From positions 6,037 through 70,036 of the forward strand of contig JABFWL010000227.1 of NCBI GenBank assembly GCA_013362315.1: a stretch of 64,000 bases of DNA, in the 5' to 3' direction. Numbering within the stretch: position 1 is the first letter of the stretch; each line of letters starts with the position of its first letter. The notes beneath the pieces are model-generated. The model was not told the origin of the DNA. It did no database searches and saw only the letters and a program-made list of their open reading frames with translations. Source of the DNA: Catenulispora sp. GTDB taxonomy: Bacteria; Actinomycetota; Actinomycetes; Streptomycetales; Catenulisporaceae. A program made the position numbers and the translations under genes. This document shows positions 8,578-18,886 of the stretch, in pieces.

Positions 8578-11500
8578 ATGGCGTGGGTGACGGTCCTCGG
8601 ACCGCACATCGAGCAGGTGGAGTACCGGCTGCGCAACGACGCCGGTTGCTCCATCTCGCCCGTGCCTGCCAAGCCCGGCGAGGCAAAGGACACCCAGGTC
8701 GATTACCGGCTCGACGACCAGCTTCCCCTGGAGTGGATCGGCGCCGGCCTGCCCGACGTCGGCATCGAGCCCGGCACCGCGATGACCGAAGCCCAGAAGG
8801 CGTGGGCACGGGCCATCATGGACGGCAAGCACCCGCAGACCGGCGAGCAGCTGGTCAATCCGAAACTCGCGGTCGACCCGCGTGGCAAGCTCGACGCCGC
8901 TCCACTGGTACGCGCGATCGAGGCCCGTGCCGCCGCGGTCGGCAAGGACCCGGCCGACCTCTTCAGCCGCGACGACCGCCAGCGCAAGCGATACGAGCGC
9001 CTGGTCCGTGGCGTGAAGCGCGAGGGCGACCTGCATCGCGCGCCGCTGAAGGACCTCGGCCGGCTCGCGATGGGCGCTGGCTTGCGCCTGGACCGCATCT
9101 ACGGCGCCGAAGAGCTGGCCACCGCCCGCCAGTACCACGACAAGCGCGTCCGCGTCGGCAACCGCGGCTATGACCTCACTCTGGACATCCAGAAGTCGTA
9201 CTCGGTGCTATACGCCCTGGCCGATCCGGAGCTGGCCGCCGAGCTCGAACAGGACTACCTGCACGCTCTGCGCGAGACCGTCGCGGCGATGGAGAAGTGG
9301 GCGGCGTACGGGATGCGCGGCCACCACGGCGACGGCGAGCACGCCGAGCGGGTCGACGGCCGCGGCGTGCTCGGCTGGGTGATGATGCACCGCACCGCCC
9401 GGCCCGTTGACGGGCAGGCACCCGACCCGCACCTGCACGGTCACGTGTCGATCGCCAACATGGTGCTGGGCAGCGACGGTGAATGGTCGACGATCGCCGC
9501 CGGCGGCCGCGATCTGCACCGGCACGCCCACGCCGCCGACGCGCTGCTCAAGGCCCGGCTGCGGCAGATCACCGCCGAGAAGTACGGCGTGCAGTGGCAG
9601 CGCAACGAGCGCACCGGCGCGTGGGAGATCTCCTACATCCCCGAAGACCTACGCGACCGATTCTCCAAGCGTGGGGACCAGGTCGCGGCCACGCTGCGCC
9701 GGTTCGGTGTGGACCCCGAGGCGGCCAGCGTCGCCCAGGCCAAGGACGCCGCCGCCCGCTCCCGAGAAGCCCGCCAGGCCCCCGGACCCGGCGGTGACCT
9801 GCGCACCAACTGGCGTACGCAGACCATCGAGGCTGGCTACAACCCCGACGAGCTGGTGACCGCATCTACGCCCGGCCCGAACCCAATCCGGCCGACCGCG
9901 CCGTCCCCGGCCGAGATCGCCGCCTGGATTTGGCGCGACGAGACCACCGCCAGCGGTGGCCGCGACGGCGTGTGGCAGTTCAGCGACGAGGCGAGCCTGA
10001 CCGCGCACCGCAAGGTCGTCACCAAGGCCGACGTGATCGCCTCCGTCATCGACGCCATGCCCGGCGGCGTCGCCGACCTCGCCGAAGCCGAACGGCTCGC
10101 GGACGAGGTCCTGGCCGTGGGCGGATTCGCGGTCCGGGTGCCCGACGCCGGCGCGACCCACCTGTCGAACCACGAGCGCTACACCAGCGAGGACATCATC
10201 GCCGCCGAGCGGACCATCCTGGACGCCGCCCGCGACGGCTACGACGCCGGCGCGGCCACCGTCTCGCCCGAGGTCGCTGGGCTCGCCGTACGCATCTTCG
10301 AGGCCACCCAAGGATTCGAGCTGTCCGGCGAGCAGCGCACCGTCCTGGACCGACTGCTGCACGCCGGGCACCGGGTGGACGCTGTAGTCGGCGTCGCCGG
10401 ATCCGGCAAGACGACCCTGATGTCCGCGCTGCGCCTGGCGCACGAGGCCGATGGGCACGTGGTAGCCGGCGCGACCACCGCCGCGGTCGCGGCCGCCAAC
10501 CTGCAGGCCGAAGCGGGCATCCCGTCGACGACCATCGCCGGGTGGATGTGGCGCGTCGAAAACGGCCGTGGCCTGCGCGGCGTCGACGTCCTCGTGGTTG
10601 ACGAGGCCGCGATGGTCGACGACCGGCAGATGGCCCGCCTGGTCGCCCACGCCGCCGAGACCGGCACCCAGATCATCGGCATCGGCGACCCGATGCAGCT
10701 GCGCAGCCCCGGCGTGGGCGGCGCGTTCCAGGCCGTCCACCAGCTCGTCGACGGGCTCACCCTCACCGACAACCGCCGCCAGCGCGACGAGGACGAGCGC
10801 CGCGCCCTGAACCTGTGGCGCGACAAGCAGCGCCTGGCCGCCCTGCGCACCTGGTCCGACGCCGGCCGGGTGCACGCCGTCCGCGACGCCGACACCGCGT
10901 ACGCCCAGATGCTCGCGTACTGGGACCAAGTCCGAGCCGAGATCACCGACCCACACGAGCGCATCGCCCAGCTGCTCCTGCTGACCGGCAGCAACAGCGC
11001 CGCCGACAGGCTCAACACCGCCGCACAGGCGATCCGGCTCGCGGCCGGCGAACTCGAGTCCGGGACGGGGCGGGAGTATGTGCTGCGCGGCGGCGCGCGG
11101 CTGACTCTCCACGTCGGCGATCAGGTGATGGCCCGCATCAACGACCGCCGCGGCGACGGCTCGCAGGACATCCTCAACGGCACCCGGGGCGTCGTCATCG
11201 ACGTCGCCGACAACGGAGACGTCACGATGCAGTGGCGCACCCGCGACCGTGACGGCGGCACCCGCATCGTCGAGCAGACCCTGCCCGAGCGGTACGTCAT
11301 CCGGGGCGGCCTGCAGCTCGGTTACGCCATGACCACCGCCAAGGCCCAGGGTCTGACCGCCGAGAAGACCTTCGTGTACGGCGCCGGGATGGACGCGCAC
11401 ACCCTTTACCCGGCGATGTCACGCCACCGCGGCGAGGCCCACCTGTGGCTGCCGCTCGACGTGCTCGAGACCGAGACCGAGCGCGTACGCCAGGGCGAGC

Positions 11501-12486
11501 CGCGTACGCCCGAAGAGGAGCTGCGCCGCGCGATCACCGCGTACGCCCGCGCCCTCGAGCGCAGCGAGGACGACCGGCTCGTGATCGAGGAACTGGGTGA
11601 CGTCGACCTGACTCCGCCGGCCGAGCGCGCCGCCCGGCTGCAGCAGCGTCTCGACCAGATCCGCGCCGACCGTGAGCGCGTCGACGCCGCCGCGAGGGCC
11701 CGCGCCTGGCGCGAGCGCCGCCACGGCCGGCTCACCGACGACCAGCTGACCGCCGCCCTCGCCGACGCGCGCCGGCGCGCGGCCGCCGAAGCCCGCCGGT
11801 CCGAGCAGCAGGCCAAGCGGGTCGCCGAGGACCTGACGAAGGCCCGCGCCGGCAAGGGACCGGCGTCGGATGCGCTCGGCCGTCAACGGTGGCTGCTGGA
11901 GCAGTCCCAGGCGGCCCAGGTCCGCTACGCCGCCGCCGTGGAAGCTGCCCGCGAGACTAAGGCCCGCATGGACTCGCTGGACGAGCAGCTGGACCGCAAC
12001 CCGCTCGCCCGCCGGCTCACCGGCGGCCGCCGCACTGCCGACCTTCAGGCCGACCGCACCCGCACCTACCAGGAACTAACCGTCCACCAGCGCGACGCAC
12101 TGGAAGCCGACGACGCCGCCGGACGGCTGTCCTACACCGCCGGCGTACCGCGCGAACGGGTCAGCGCCGAGCTGGCCAGCCTCAACGCCCGCTGGGACAC
12201 CGCCCGCGAGGAGGCGATCGCCGCCGACGTCAACGCCATCGAGGCCGAGCGGCGCGTGCCCGAGGCGCTGCTGCGGGAAGCGTTCGACCGGGAGACCGGC
12301 GCCGTGCGGGAGCTCGAAGCCGAACAGCAGCGCCGGGGCGAGCTGCCCGAGCAGCAGCGCGAAGCCGAAGCCGACGACCGCGCCCAGGAGCTCGCCGCCG
12401 AGCAGCAACGCCGGCAGGCCGAACAGGCCCGCCAGGCCGAGGAGGCCCAGCGTCGGGAGGCGGAGATCGGGCCGGAGATCGGCTAA
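8578..12486 (+). CDS. MobF-family (TrwC/TraA) conjugative relaxase-helicase
   Basis: N-terminal Tyr, YDLT..KSYS, HUH motif DPHLHGH, FSKR; RecD-like helicase motifs GVAGSGKTT, VVDEA and YAMT..KAQG. Confidence 0.95.
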   Translation: MAWVTVLGPHIEQVEYRLRNDAGCSISPVPAKPGEAKDTQVDYRLDDQLPLEWIGAGLPDVGIEPGTAMTEAQKAWARAIMDGKHPQTGEQLVNPKLAVDPRGKLDAAPLVRAIEARAAAVGKDPADLFSRDDRQRKRYERLVRGVKREGDLHRAPLKDLGRLAMGAGLRLDRIYGAEELATARQYHDKRVRVGNRGYDLTLDIQKSYSVLYALADPELAAELEQDYLHALRETVAAMEKWAAYGMRGHHGDGEHAERVDGRGVLGWVMMHRTARPVDGQAPDPHLHGHVSIANMVLGSDGEWSTIAAGGRDLHRHAHAADALLKARLRQITAEKYGVQWQRNERTGAWEISYIPEDLRDRFSKRGDQVAATLRRFGVDPEAASVAQAKDAAARSREARQAPGPGGDLRTNWRTQTIEAGYNPDELVTASTPGPNPIRPTAPSPAEIAAWIWRDETTASGGRDGVWQFSDEASLTAHRKVVTKADVIASVIDAMPGGVADLAEAERLADEVLAVGGFAVRVPDAGATHLSNHERYTSEDIIAAERTILDAARDGYDAGAATVSPEVAGLAVRIFEATQGFELSGEQRTVLDRLLHAGHRVDAVVGVAGSGKTTLMSALRLAHEADGHVVAGATTAAVAAANLQAEAGIPSTTIAGWMWRVENGRGLRGVDVLVVDEAAMVDDRQMARLVAHAAETGTQIIGIGDPMQLRSPGVGGAFQAVHQLVDGLTLTDNRRQRDEDERRALNLWRDKQRLAALRTWSDAGRVHAVRDADTAYAQMLAYWDQVRAEITDPHERIAQLLLLTGSNSAADRLNTAAQAIRLAAGELESGTGREYVLRGGARLTLHVGDQVMARINDRRGDGSQDILNGTRGVVIDVADNGDVTMQWRTRDRDGGTRIVEQTLPERYVIRGGLQLGYAMTTAKAQGLTAEKTFVYGAGMDAHTLYPAMSRHRGEAHLWLPLDVLETETERVRQGEPRTPEEELRRAITAYARALERSEDDRLVIEELGDVDLTPPAERAARLQQRLDQIRADRERVDAAARARAWRERRHGRLTDDQLTAALADARRRAAAEARRSEQQAKRVAEDLTKARAGKGPASDALGRQRWLLEQSQAAQVRYAAAVEAARETKARMDSLDEQLDRNPLARRLTGGRRTADLQADRTRTYQELTVHQRDALEADDAAGRLSYTAGVPRERVSAELASLNARWDTAREEAIAADVNAIEAERRVPEALLREAFDRETGAVRELEAEQQRRGELPEQQREAEADDRAQELAAEQQRRQAEQARQAEEAQRREAEIGPEIG

Positions 12487-12490
12487 CCGA

Positions 12491-13693
12491 TCACTCCATA
12501 TCCGCGCAGGCCAACGCTGAGGAGTTCTGGTTCCAGCACAGCGATAGGTCGGCGAGCACCCGAACGGCGCCGCCGGGCGAGATGTCCACAGTCCGCGTAC
12601 CGGACTCCCGGCCGCGCTCGAACGTCGCCGACGCCTGGCCGGGAGTGACGGTCACGACGTCGGCCAGGCCGCCGCTGACGTACTGGTTCTCCGCTGGGGT
12701 CAGCGTGATCTGCGGATACTTGGTGATCTTCCAGTGGACGCCAGACGCACCAATGGTGTCCAGGCCGGAGTACCCGAACGGGCAGCCGATTGGATTGAGG
12801 TCGTCGCGCTTGGCGCAGTCGTCGATCACCGCCTTGATCTGCTTGTTGATCACGGCGACGGCGTCCGGCCGGGCGGTCAGCGCCAAGTTGACGGACGTGG
12901 CCTTGTCAGGGTGCTGATGCCCGGCCAGCACGGGTACCGTGACCGGCCTCGAGTCGAACAGCGGGTCGTCGGCGGCCGCCGTCACCGTGTAGACGCCGGG
13001 CGGCACCCACACCGCATCGCTGGTCCCGGACGCCCGGACCTGGTCCACGGTGTGCACCGTCGTGCCAGCGACGCGGGCCTGCTCGACCACCGGGCTCACG
13101 ACGTACAACGGCCCCGTGATCCCGTCACTGAGCGACCAGGGGCGTACCGGCCCGCTCTTCTCGCGGACGACCTCGATCGAGCCCTCGACCTGCTGCCCGC
13201 CGACCTGGTAGCGGACCGTCACGTACGCGATCGACTTGTTCGGCCGGCGCATGACGTCGGTCGGCGTACCGTACGTGATCTCGCCGATCTGCAACCCGGT
13301 AGGCGGCTCGTACCCGCTGGCCAGCCCGTCATCGGCGAGGACCGCGACACCACCGGCGAGGTCGCGCGCCGCCGCGGTGTCGCGCCGGGCGAGCACGTCG
13401 AACCAGGCCCGCACCGGGGCGTCCGGTGTGTAGACGACCTCCTGGCCAGTCCACAGCACCGCCCCGGTTCCGAGTACCACCGCAACGATGACGGCCGCCA
13501 AGACCAGACGAGCTCGGCGCGTACGCGGACGCCAGCGCGCCAGTGACGCCAGCCGCCGGACCTTCTGCAGGGGCACCCCGGCGGGCGGCGACAGGTCGAT
13601 GTCGACGAGCTCCGGCAGCACCCCGCCGCAGGCCCGGCAGAAGCGTGAGACATCGTCGACCGGCGCCGAGCAGGCCGGGCAGACCCGGGTCAC
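12491..13693 (-). CDS. Zinc-ribbon, single-TM membrane-anchored protein
   Basis: CPAC..FCRACG, one TM helix, extracellular domain; GTGA overlap with the virD4-like stop. Confidence 0.75.
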   Translation of the reverse strand: MTRVCPACSAPVDDVSRFCRACGGVLPELVDIDLSPPAGVPLQKVRRLASLARWRPRTRRARLVLAAVIVAVVLGTGAVLWTGQEVVYTPDAPVRAWFDVLARRDTAAARDLAGGVAVLADDGLASGYEPPTGLQIGEITYGTPTDVMRRPNKSIAYVTVRYQVGGQQVEGSIEVVREKSGPVRPWSLSDGITGPLYVVSPVVEQARVAGTTVHTVDQVRASGTSDAVWVPPGVYTVTAAADDPLFDSRPVTVPVLAGHQHPDKATSVNLALTARPDAVAVINKQIKAVIDDCAKRDDLNPIGCPFGYSGLDTIGASGVHWKITKYPQITLTPAENQYVSGGLADVVTVTPGQASATFERGRESGTRTVDISPGGAVRVLADLSLCWNQNSSALACADME

Positions 13694-15108
13694 GGCGACA
13701 CCGCCAGCAGTTCGGGTGTCCAGCCCGCGACGGCCTGGTACGCGGGCACGATCCCGGCCGGGGGCGCGTGGACCAGCAGCGGAGGATCGGATCGGTACCA
13801 CAGCCACGCCTGAAGCGGCGGCAGCTGCTGGAGCGACTGCACCGGCAGCGCCGGCCGGTACATATAGCCGATGGCATGGGTATGGCCTTCGTTATCGCGG
13901 CCGACCAGCCGGCCCGGCTGCTGCGGCGACATCCTCGGGTCGACGCCGTCGCCGGCGTAGAACGTCACCTGCGGCTCGCGGTACTCACCCGCCCACGAGC
14001 TGATGTTGCGCAGGTCATCGCCGTTCGACATCGCGCCGTAGATGAGCTTCGCGGTGCTGGACTGCAGGATGGCGTCGGCCTCGTCACGGCCGTACCGCAC
14101 CCGCATCCGCGACAGCGTCTGCGTCGCCCACAGGGTCGCGATGCCGCGGCCTCCGTACTCCGACACCATCGCCGGCAACGACATCATGGGCGCGATGTTG
14201 GCCACCTCATCGAGCGCGACCAGCAGCGGCGGATCAATGCGGCCGGTCGGGCTCGCGGCCGCCAGCAGCACCGCACGCTGCACGATCGAGTCCACCAAGC
14301 CCACGATCATCGGAGCCATGACCTGCTGGTAGTGGATCGGCCCGACGATGTAGAGGGTCGACTTACTGGCCAGGAACTCGTCGATGGACACGCCGGGCAG
14401 TCCGACGCTGGCCAGAACATTGGGCTCGGTCGTGGCCTTGAGCGCCTGCTTGGCCGTGCTGTAGAACGTGCCCCGCTCGCGCTCACCCAGCTTGGACAGG
14501 CCGTCCAGGTCGTCGGCCCAGTGCGCGGCGGCCCGGCTGTCGCCGCGCAGGATGCGGGTGGGCTCCTCGATCTCCTGCTGCGCCAGCCAGCGGCGGACGG
14601 TGAGGATGTCCAGCCGACCCAGCGCGGCCGCGTGCAGGTAGCCGCGCAGGATCTCGGCGGCGCCGTCGCGCCAGTGGTCGGCGTTGCTGACCCCCTGCGC
14701 GAGCGTGGCCGTCATCTCTTCGACCCGCTTGAAGCACAACGTGGCGTCCTGGCAGCCGTCGATCGGCGACCAGCCCACAGTGGACACGCCCGGCTCGGTA
14801 CGCAGCGGGTCGTACACGAACACCCGCCCGCCGTGCGGCTCGGCGAGCCGCCGCCGGTGGTCGCCGGTCAGGCGCAGAAGGTCGCCGCGTGTCGTGGCGA
14901 CGATCGCCGGGCCGTCCCAGGCGAAGACGCTTGGCGCGATGATGCCCGCGGTCTTGCCGTACCCGGGCGGCGCGACCACGCCGACTGAGTCACGGGTGTC
15001 GTGAGTCCACAGCCGGCGGCCGCCTTCCTGCGGGTCGTGGCCCAGGAACAGCGTCCGCTCCGGAGTGACCTCGAACTCGGCGACCATGAAGTCCTGCAGC
15101 CTGATCAT
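13690..15108 (-). CDS. VirD4/TraG-like type IV coupling protein without N-terminal TM helices
   Basis: Walker A APPGYGKT, Walker B VALDEVANI, GRGI..ATQ; GGAGGA RBS and ATGA overlap at 15105-15108. Confidence 0.85.
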   Translation of the reverse strand: MIRLQDFMVAEFEVTPERTLFLGHDPQEGGRRLWTHDTRDSVGVVAPPGYGKTAGIIAPSVFAWDGPAIVATTRGDLLRLTGDHRRRLAEPHGGRVFVYDPLRTEPGVSTVGWSPIDGCQDATLCFKRVEEMTATLAQGVSNADHWRDGAAEILRGYLHAAALGRLDILTVRRWLAQQEIEEPTRILRGDSRAAAHWADDLDGLSKLGERERGTFYSTAKQALKATTEPNVLASVGLPGVSIDEFLASKSTLYIVGPIHYQQVMAPMIVGLVDSIVQRAVLLAAASPTGRIDPPLLVALDEVANIAPMMSLPAMVSEYGGRGIATLWATQTLSRMRVRYGRDEADAILQSSTAKLIYGAMSNGDDLRNISSWAGEYREPQVTFYAGDGVDPRMSPQQPGRLVGRDNEGHTHAIGYMYRPALPVQSLQQLPPLQAWLWYRSDPPLLVHAPPAGIVPAYQAVAGWTPELLAVSP

Positions 15109-16433
15109 TCGGTCCTCCTCACGGTGCTGGTCGGTGCCCCGAGCAGCCCGGCCGACAGGGCATAGTCGTCGCGCAGCGGGTAGCGTCGGCCGGGCGACTC
15201 CAGCCGCTCCATACGCAGCTCGATCGGCGGATGCGTGGCGCACACGGCCCGGTCCCAGCCATCGCGGCCCTGCTCGTAGAACCGCAGCCGGGCCAGCGCC
15301 CTCCGGAACCCTTCGGCGTACCCGGCCTCGATCACCCGGTCGTCGGCCGCGAGCTCGTTGGCCCGGGCGGTGTGGGCGTGGATCGGGATGACGATGCCGC
15401 GCACCGTCGTGGTCACCGACCACAGCAGCACCCGCAGCAGCCACTGGAGAGGCCGGATCCGGCCGGTGACGTCGATCAGCCGAACCGCGATCTCGTAGAG
15501 CAGGTACAGCGGCAAGGCCACGCCTTTGGCCCAGGCCGCCGAGATGGCGTGCCCTTCCTGCCAGTGCGCCAGCTCGTGCGTGACGACGCCGCCGACCATC
15601 ACCGGGTCGTAGCCCAGGTCGTCCAATAAGCCTTGGTTGATGACCACGTGCCGGGTGAGCGCGTACGCGTTCGGCTCCCGCCGATCGTGGATCAGCAGCA
15701 CTGGCGGCCGTGTGATGTCCAACCTGCGGGCGCACTCGGCCACGAGAGGAGCCAGCCACAGCCGCTCACGGCGGCTCATCCGCCGGCAGCCGCCGATCCG
15801 CAGCCGCAGCCCCTCGGTCGCCGACGAGCCCAGCACCCATAGCGCCCCGACGAACAGGGCGGTGACGACCTGGCCGACCGCGACCATCCACGGCCAGGTC
15901 GGATCGCCCTCGTACAGCGCCTCCCACGGCCATGTCGCAGCCATGTAGCCGAGCTTCCAGCCGCCCGACACCGCGCCGATCAGCGCGGCGACGATGCCGC
16001 CGATCTGCGCGGCCGCTGTGGGCAGCAGCTCCAGCGGCTTGACCGGCAGCGGCACGACGTAGCCGACGATCTTGTCCATGCGGTCCAAGACCCCAGGCCC
16101 GACCATCGTGCCGTTGACCAGGCCGACGATGCCGCCGAGCACCGCGCCGAACGCGGCCATGAGCAGCACCCAGGGCACGCCGAACCAGGCGCAGATCACG
16201 CCGGAGGCGGTGCTGCGCACGTCGCGGGTGAGGACTCCGGCGAGCCAGGCCCGCGCCGGTGGAAGCCGGGCCGGCCGTTCGCGCTGCTCAGGAACGGACT
16301 CGCCGGACCGCCGCGGACCCGGAACCGGCGGCGGCGTGGCCACCGCGACGGTCATCGGTGCCAAGCTCGAGCCGCAGTGCGGGCACGTCGTGGCGCTGGG
16401 CGGGACCGGCTTGCCGCACTGATCGCAGAACAT
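15105..16433 (-). CDS. M48 (HtpX-like) membrane zinc metallopeptidase with N-terminal zinc ribbon
   Basis: PNAYA, HELAH, ELAAD and THPP..R motifs; several TM helices. Confidence 0.85.
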   Translation of the reverse strand: MFCDQCGKPVPPSATTCPHCGSSLAPMTVAVATPPPVPGPRRSGESVPEQRERPARLPPARAWLAGVLTRDVRSTASGVICAWFGVPWVLLMAAFGAVLGGIVGLVNGTMVGPGVLDRMDKIVGYVVPLPVKPLELLPTAAAQIGGIVAALIGAVSGGWKLGYMAATWPWEALYEGDPTWPWMVAVGQVVTALFVGALWVLGSSATEGLRLRIGGCRRMSRRERLWLAPLVAECARRLDITRPPVLLIHDRREPNAYALTRHVVINQGLLDDLGYDPVMVGGVVTHELAHWQEGHAISAAWAKGVALPLYLLYEIAVRLIDVTGRIRPLQWLLRVLLWSVTTTVRGIVIPIHAHTARANELAADDRVIEAGYAEGFRRALARLRFYEQGRDGWDRAVCATHPPIELRMERLESPGRRYPLRDDYALSAGLLGAPTSTVRRTE

Positions 16434-16511
16434 CGTGCTCCTCCCCCCGTGAGGCCCCCGAAGGAAGGACCCGGCGCGGGGCACGGGGGAACCCGCACGC
16501 CGGGAGTCTGG

Positions 16512-17726
16512 TTAATGCGATTCGCCGGACCAGGTCAGCTCGTCATCCGGCTCGGGACGTGCGGCTTGTGGGCCGAACACGGGTTCACGGCGCATCCGGT
16601 CCAGGTAGGGCACGCCTTCGGTGTAGCCGGTGCCGGTGCGCTGCTCGCCGAGCATCCGCTTGGCCAGCTTGTAGTGGGTGGCCCGCCAGCGGGTCAGGCT
16701 GGCGGAGAACGCGTCCATGCCGCGCCGGACAGCCGCGGCCGTGACGGCGGGCAGGCCGGCGGCCAACGCCTCGGTCAGCGCGAGATTGACGGTGCGCTGA
16801 CCGGCGAGGACCAGGCCGCGGATCGTGGGCACGGACTGGTACGCCGGGGAGTTCAGGCGCTGCGCGGATGGGGTCGCGCACAGCGACTCGACCGCCTTGG
16901 CTGCGTCGGACTGGATGGCGCTCGCACCGGTGGTGTAGGTGCGGAACTCGTGGAAAGACTCCGGCTGCATGGTGGCCAGCAGCGAGAACAGCGGCGCGGC
17001 CTCGTCCAACGTGTCTGCCGCGGCGTGCAGCTGTCCGGCGGCCAGGTCACCCGCCAGGGCGTCGAGGTGGCCGATTGCCGTCCGCAAGCTAAGTGCCAAG
17101 TCCGTGAACACCGTCTCGTACGACTGAAGGACCCGGATGAACATCCACTCGTCGTGCACCGTGGCGACCGGCAGCATGGACAACCGCAGGCCGCGTAGCT
17201 GCTCTTCGGTGAACCAGCTCGCCGCCGCCGTGGCGACGTCGGGACCGGCGCCGAGGTCGTCGGTGTCGGCCACGTTCAGCACCCGCCGAGCCGGTCCGGC
17301 CAGCGCGCGCCGGGCGAGCCGGATGCGCTTGTCGGCCAGCGCCGCCGATGGCCGGCGGCCGGGCAGGACGGTGTCTTGTCCGGCGGCCGTGTCGAGCTCG
17401 AACTGGATCAGATCCGTGAGCAGCCACAGCAGCAGTTCGTCACGGCGGCGGCCCGGGTCGCCACCGGCTCGGGGCAGCGGCAGCATGGGCAACGCCAGGT
17501 AGCTGCGGTAGTCGTAGCGGTGGTCGTATTTGTCGAGCAGGCAGTCCAGCCATCGGCCGAGCACGGGGTCCGGTTCGGCGTCGAGGTACAGCTGCGCCCG
17601 TACGGTGGCCAGGTGGTCCAGCAGGTCGGCGGGCATGAAGTGCTTGCCGACCTGCTGCACGGTGGCCAGCACGTCGTCATAGGGGAACGCGGCCTGCGGC
17701 CGGTCGATCGTCGTGGGAGTGGTCAT
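16512..17726 (-). CDS. Tryptophan 2,3-dioxygenase-superfamily heme oxygenase (long form)
   Basis: HDEWMFIR, GASAIQS and WR..H...RMLG..GTG..GV.YL motifs. Confidence 0.75.
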   Translation of the reverse strand: MTTPTTIDRPQAAFPYDDVLATVQQVGKHFMPADLLDHLATVRAQLYLDAEPDPVLGRWLDCLLDKYDHRYDYRSYLALPMLPLPRAGGDPGRRRDELLLWLLTDLIQFELDTAAGQDTVLPGRRPSAALADKRIRLARRALAGPARRVLNVADTDDLGAGPDVATAAASWFTEEQLRGLRLSMLPVATVHDEWMFIRVLQSYETVFTDLALSLRTAIGHLDALAGDLAAGQLHAAADTLDEAAPLFSLLATMQPESFHEFRTYTTGASAIQSDAAKAVESLCATPSAQRLNSPAYQSVPTIRGLVLAGQRTVNLALTEALAAGLPAVTAAAVRRGMDAFSASLTRWRATHYKLAKRMLGEQRTGTGYTEGVPYLDRMRREPVFGPQAARPEPDDELTWSGESH

Positions 17727-18886
17727 GGCCGGGGCCGTCCTTCGGGGGTGTGCCGGTACGCGCGGACCGCATCGGTCACGGCGTCGACGTCGGCTTCGGT
17801 GTTGAAGTAGTGGCAGGCGACGCGCACCAGCCCGCCGCGAGGAGCGGTGCGGATGCCCTGCTGGGCAAGCCAGTGCGCCAGCCGTTCCGGGTGGGGATCA
17901 CGCAGGGCGATGTGCGCGCCGCGCTGCTCGGCCGCGGGCAGGTTCACCTGTTCGCCGGCGTCGGTCAGCCGCTGGGCGGCGCGGGCGGTCAGCCGCAGCA
18001 CGTGCTCGCGCACCGCTGCCAGATCGAGCGAGCCGACCAGGCTGAGGCCTGCGGCTGCTGCGTACGCGGCCGTCACCGGTGGCGTGCCGGTCTCGAATCG
18101 GCGGGCCGAGGTGGGCCAGTCCAGCGTGAACGGGTCCAGGGCCATCGGGTCGACGCGGCCGAGCCAGCCGGTCAGCGTCGGTCGGCGGTCGCCGCCCGCC
18201 GGGTCGCGGGCGTACAGGAACGCGATGCCCGGCAAACCGAGTCCGTACTTCGACGGCGACGCCACCAGGTAGTCGCAGCCGAGCTCGTCGACGTCGACGG
18301 GCTGCACGCCGAGCCCTTGGGAGGCGTCGACGATGACCGTGGCGTCCACGGCGCGGGCGGCGCGGGCCAGGTTGGCGACGGGCAACCGCGTGCCGTTGAG
18401 GTAGCTGACCAGCGGCACGGACACCGCGCGTACGCGCTCGTCCAGGACCGACAGGTAGGCGTCGGCCGGATGAGGGCCGGTGACGTCGACGAAGATGGGA
18501 TCGCAGCCTCGGATCCGCTGGGCCAGCCACACGTGCGCCACCCCAGGCCATTCGGCGGGGCTGGTCAGCACCCGGCGGCGGGAACCGCGCCACACCAGGG
18601 CAGACGCCGCCTGGTAGACGCCGGTGGACACGTTCGGCACCACCGCCACCTGCTCGTCGTTGGCCCCGATGAGCCGCGCGAACCGGCCACGCGCGGCGTC
18701 GACGGCTTGCTCGAAGGCCGGCCACGGGTTGCCGCCGGCGAAGTCGGCGCACATCTGCCTCAGCGCATCGAGGACCGGTTCGCTGGCCGCCGCGACGCTG
18801 CAACTGGCCAGGTAGGTCTGATCGGCCAGGCTGGGGAACCAAGAACGGAACACCGCTGGCGACAGCGATCGGTCGACGACGGTCAT
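17723..18886 (-). CDS. Class V PLP-dependent aminotransferase-fold enzyme (kynureninase/cysteine desulfurase-like)
   Basis: VDASQ, SPSKY PLP lysine, GWLG, RRFETGTP and VR...HYFN motifs. Confidence 0.85.
   Translation of the reverse strand: MTVVDRSLSPAVFRSWFPSLADQTYLASCSVAAASEPVLDALRQMCADFAGGNPWPAFEQAVDAARGRFARLIGANDEQVAVVPNVSTGVYQAASALVWRGSRRRVLTSPAEWPGVAHVWLAQRIRGCDPIFVDVTGPHPADAYLSVLDERVRAVSVPLVSYLNGTRLPVANLARAARAVDATVIVDASQGLGVQPVDVDELGCDYLVASPSKYGLGLPGIAFLYARDPAGGDRRPTLTGWLGRVDPMALDPFTLDWPTSARRFETGTPPVTAAYAAAAGLSLVGSLDLAAVREHVLRLTARAAQRLTDAGEQVNLPAAEQRGAHIALRDPHPERLAHWLAQQGIRTAPRGGLVRVACHYFNTEADVDAVTDAVRAYRHTPEGRPRP

Noticed and set aside
9649-11400. Long antisense or alternative-frame ORFs (for example 9649..11400, 13543..14988, 22591..24039, 32407..33780, 51638..53167)
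   Set aside because: Shadow ORFs typical of high-GC DNA; they overlap well-supported genes and are Arg/Pro/Gly-rich without motifs.
13690-15759. 689-aa version of the VirD4-like protein
   Set aside because: The extension overlaps the M48 gene out of frame and is low-complexity; the RBS and ATGA overlap support a start at 15108.
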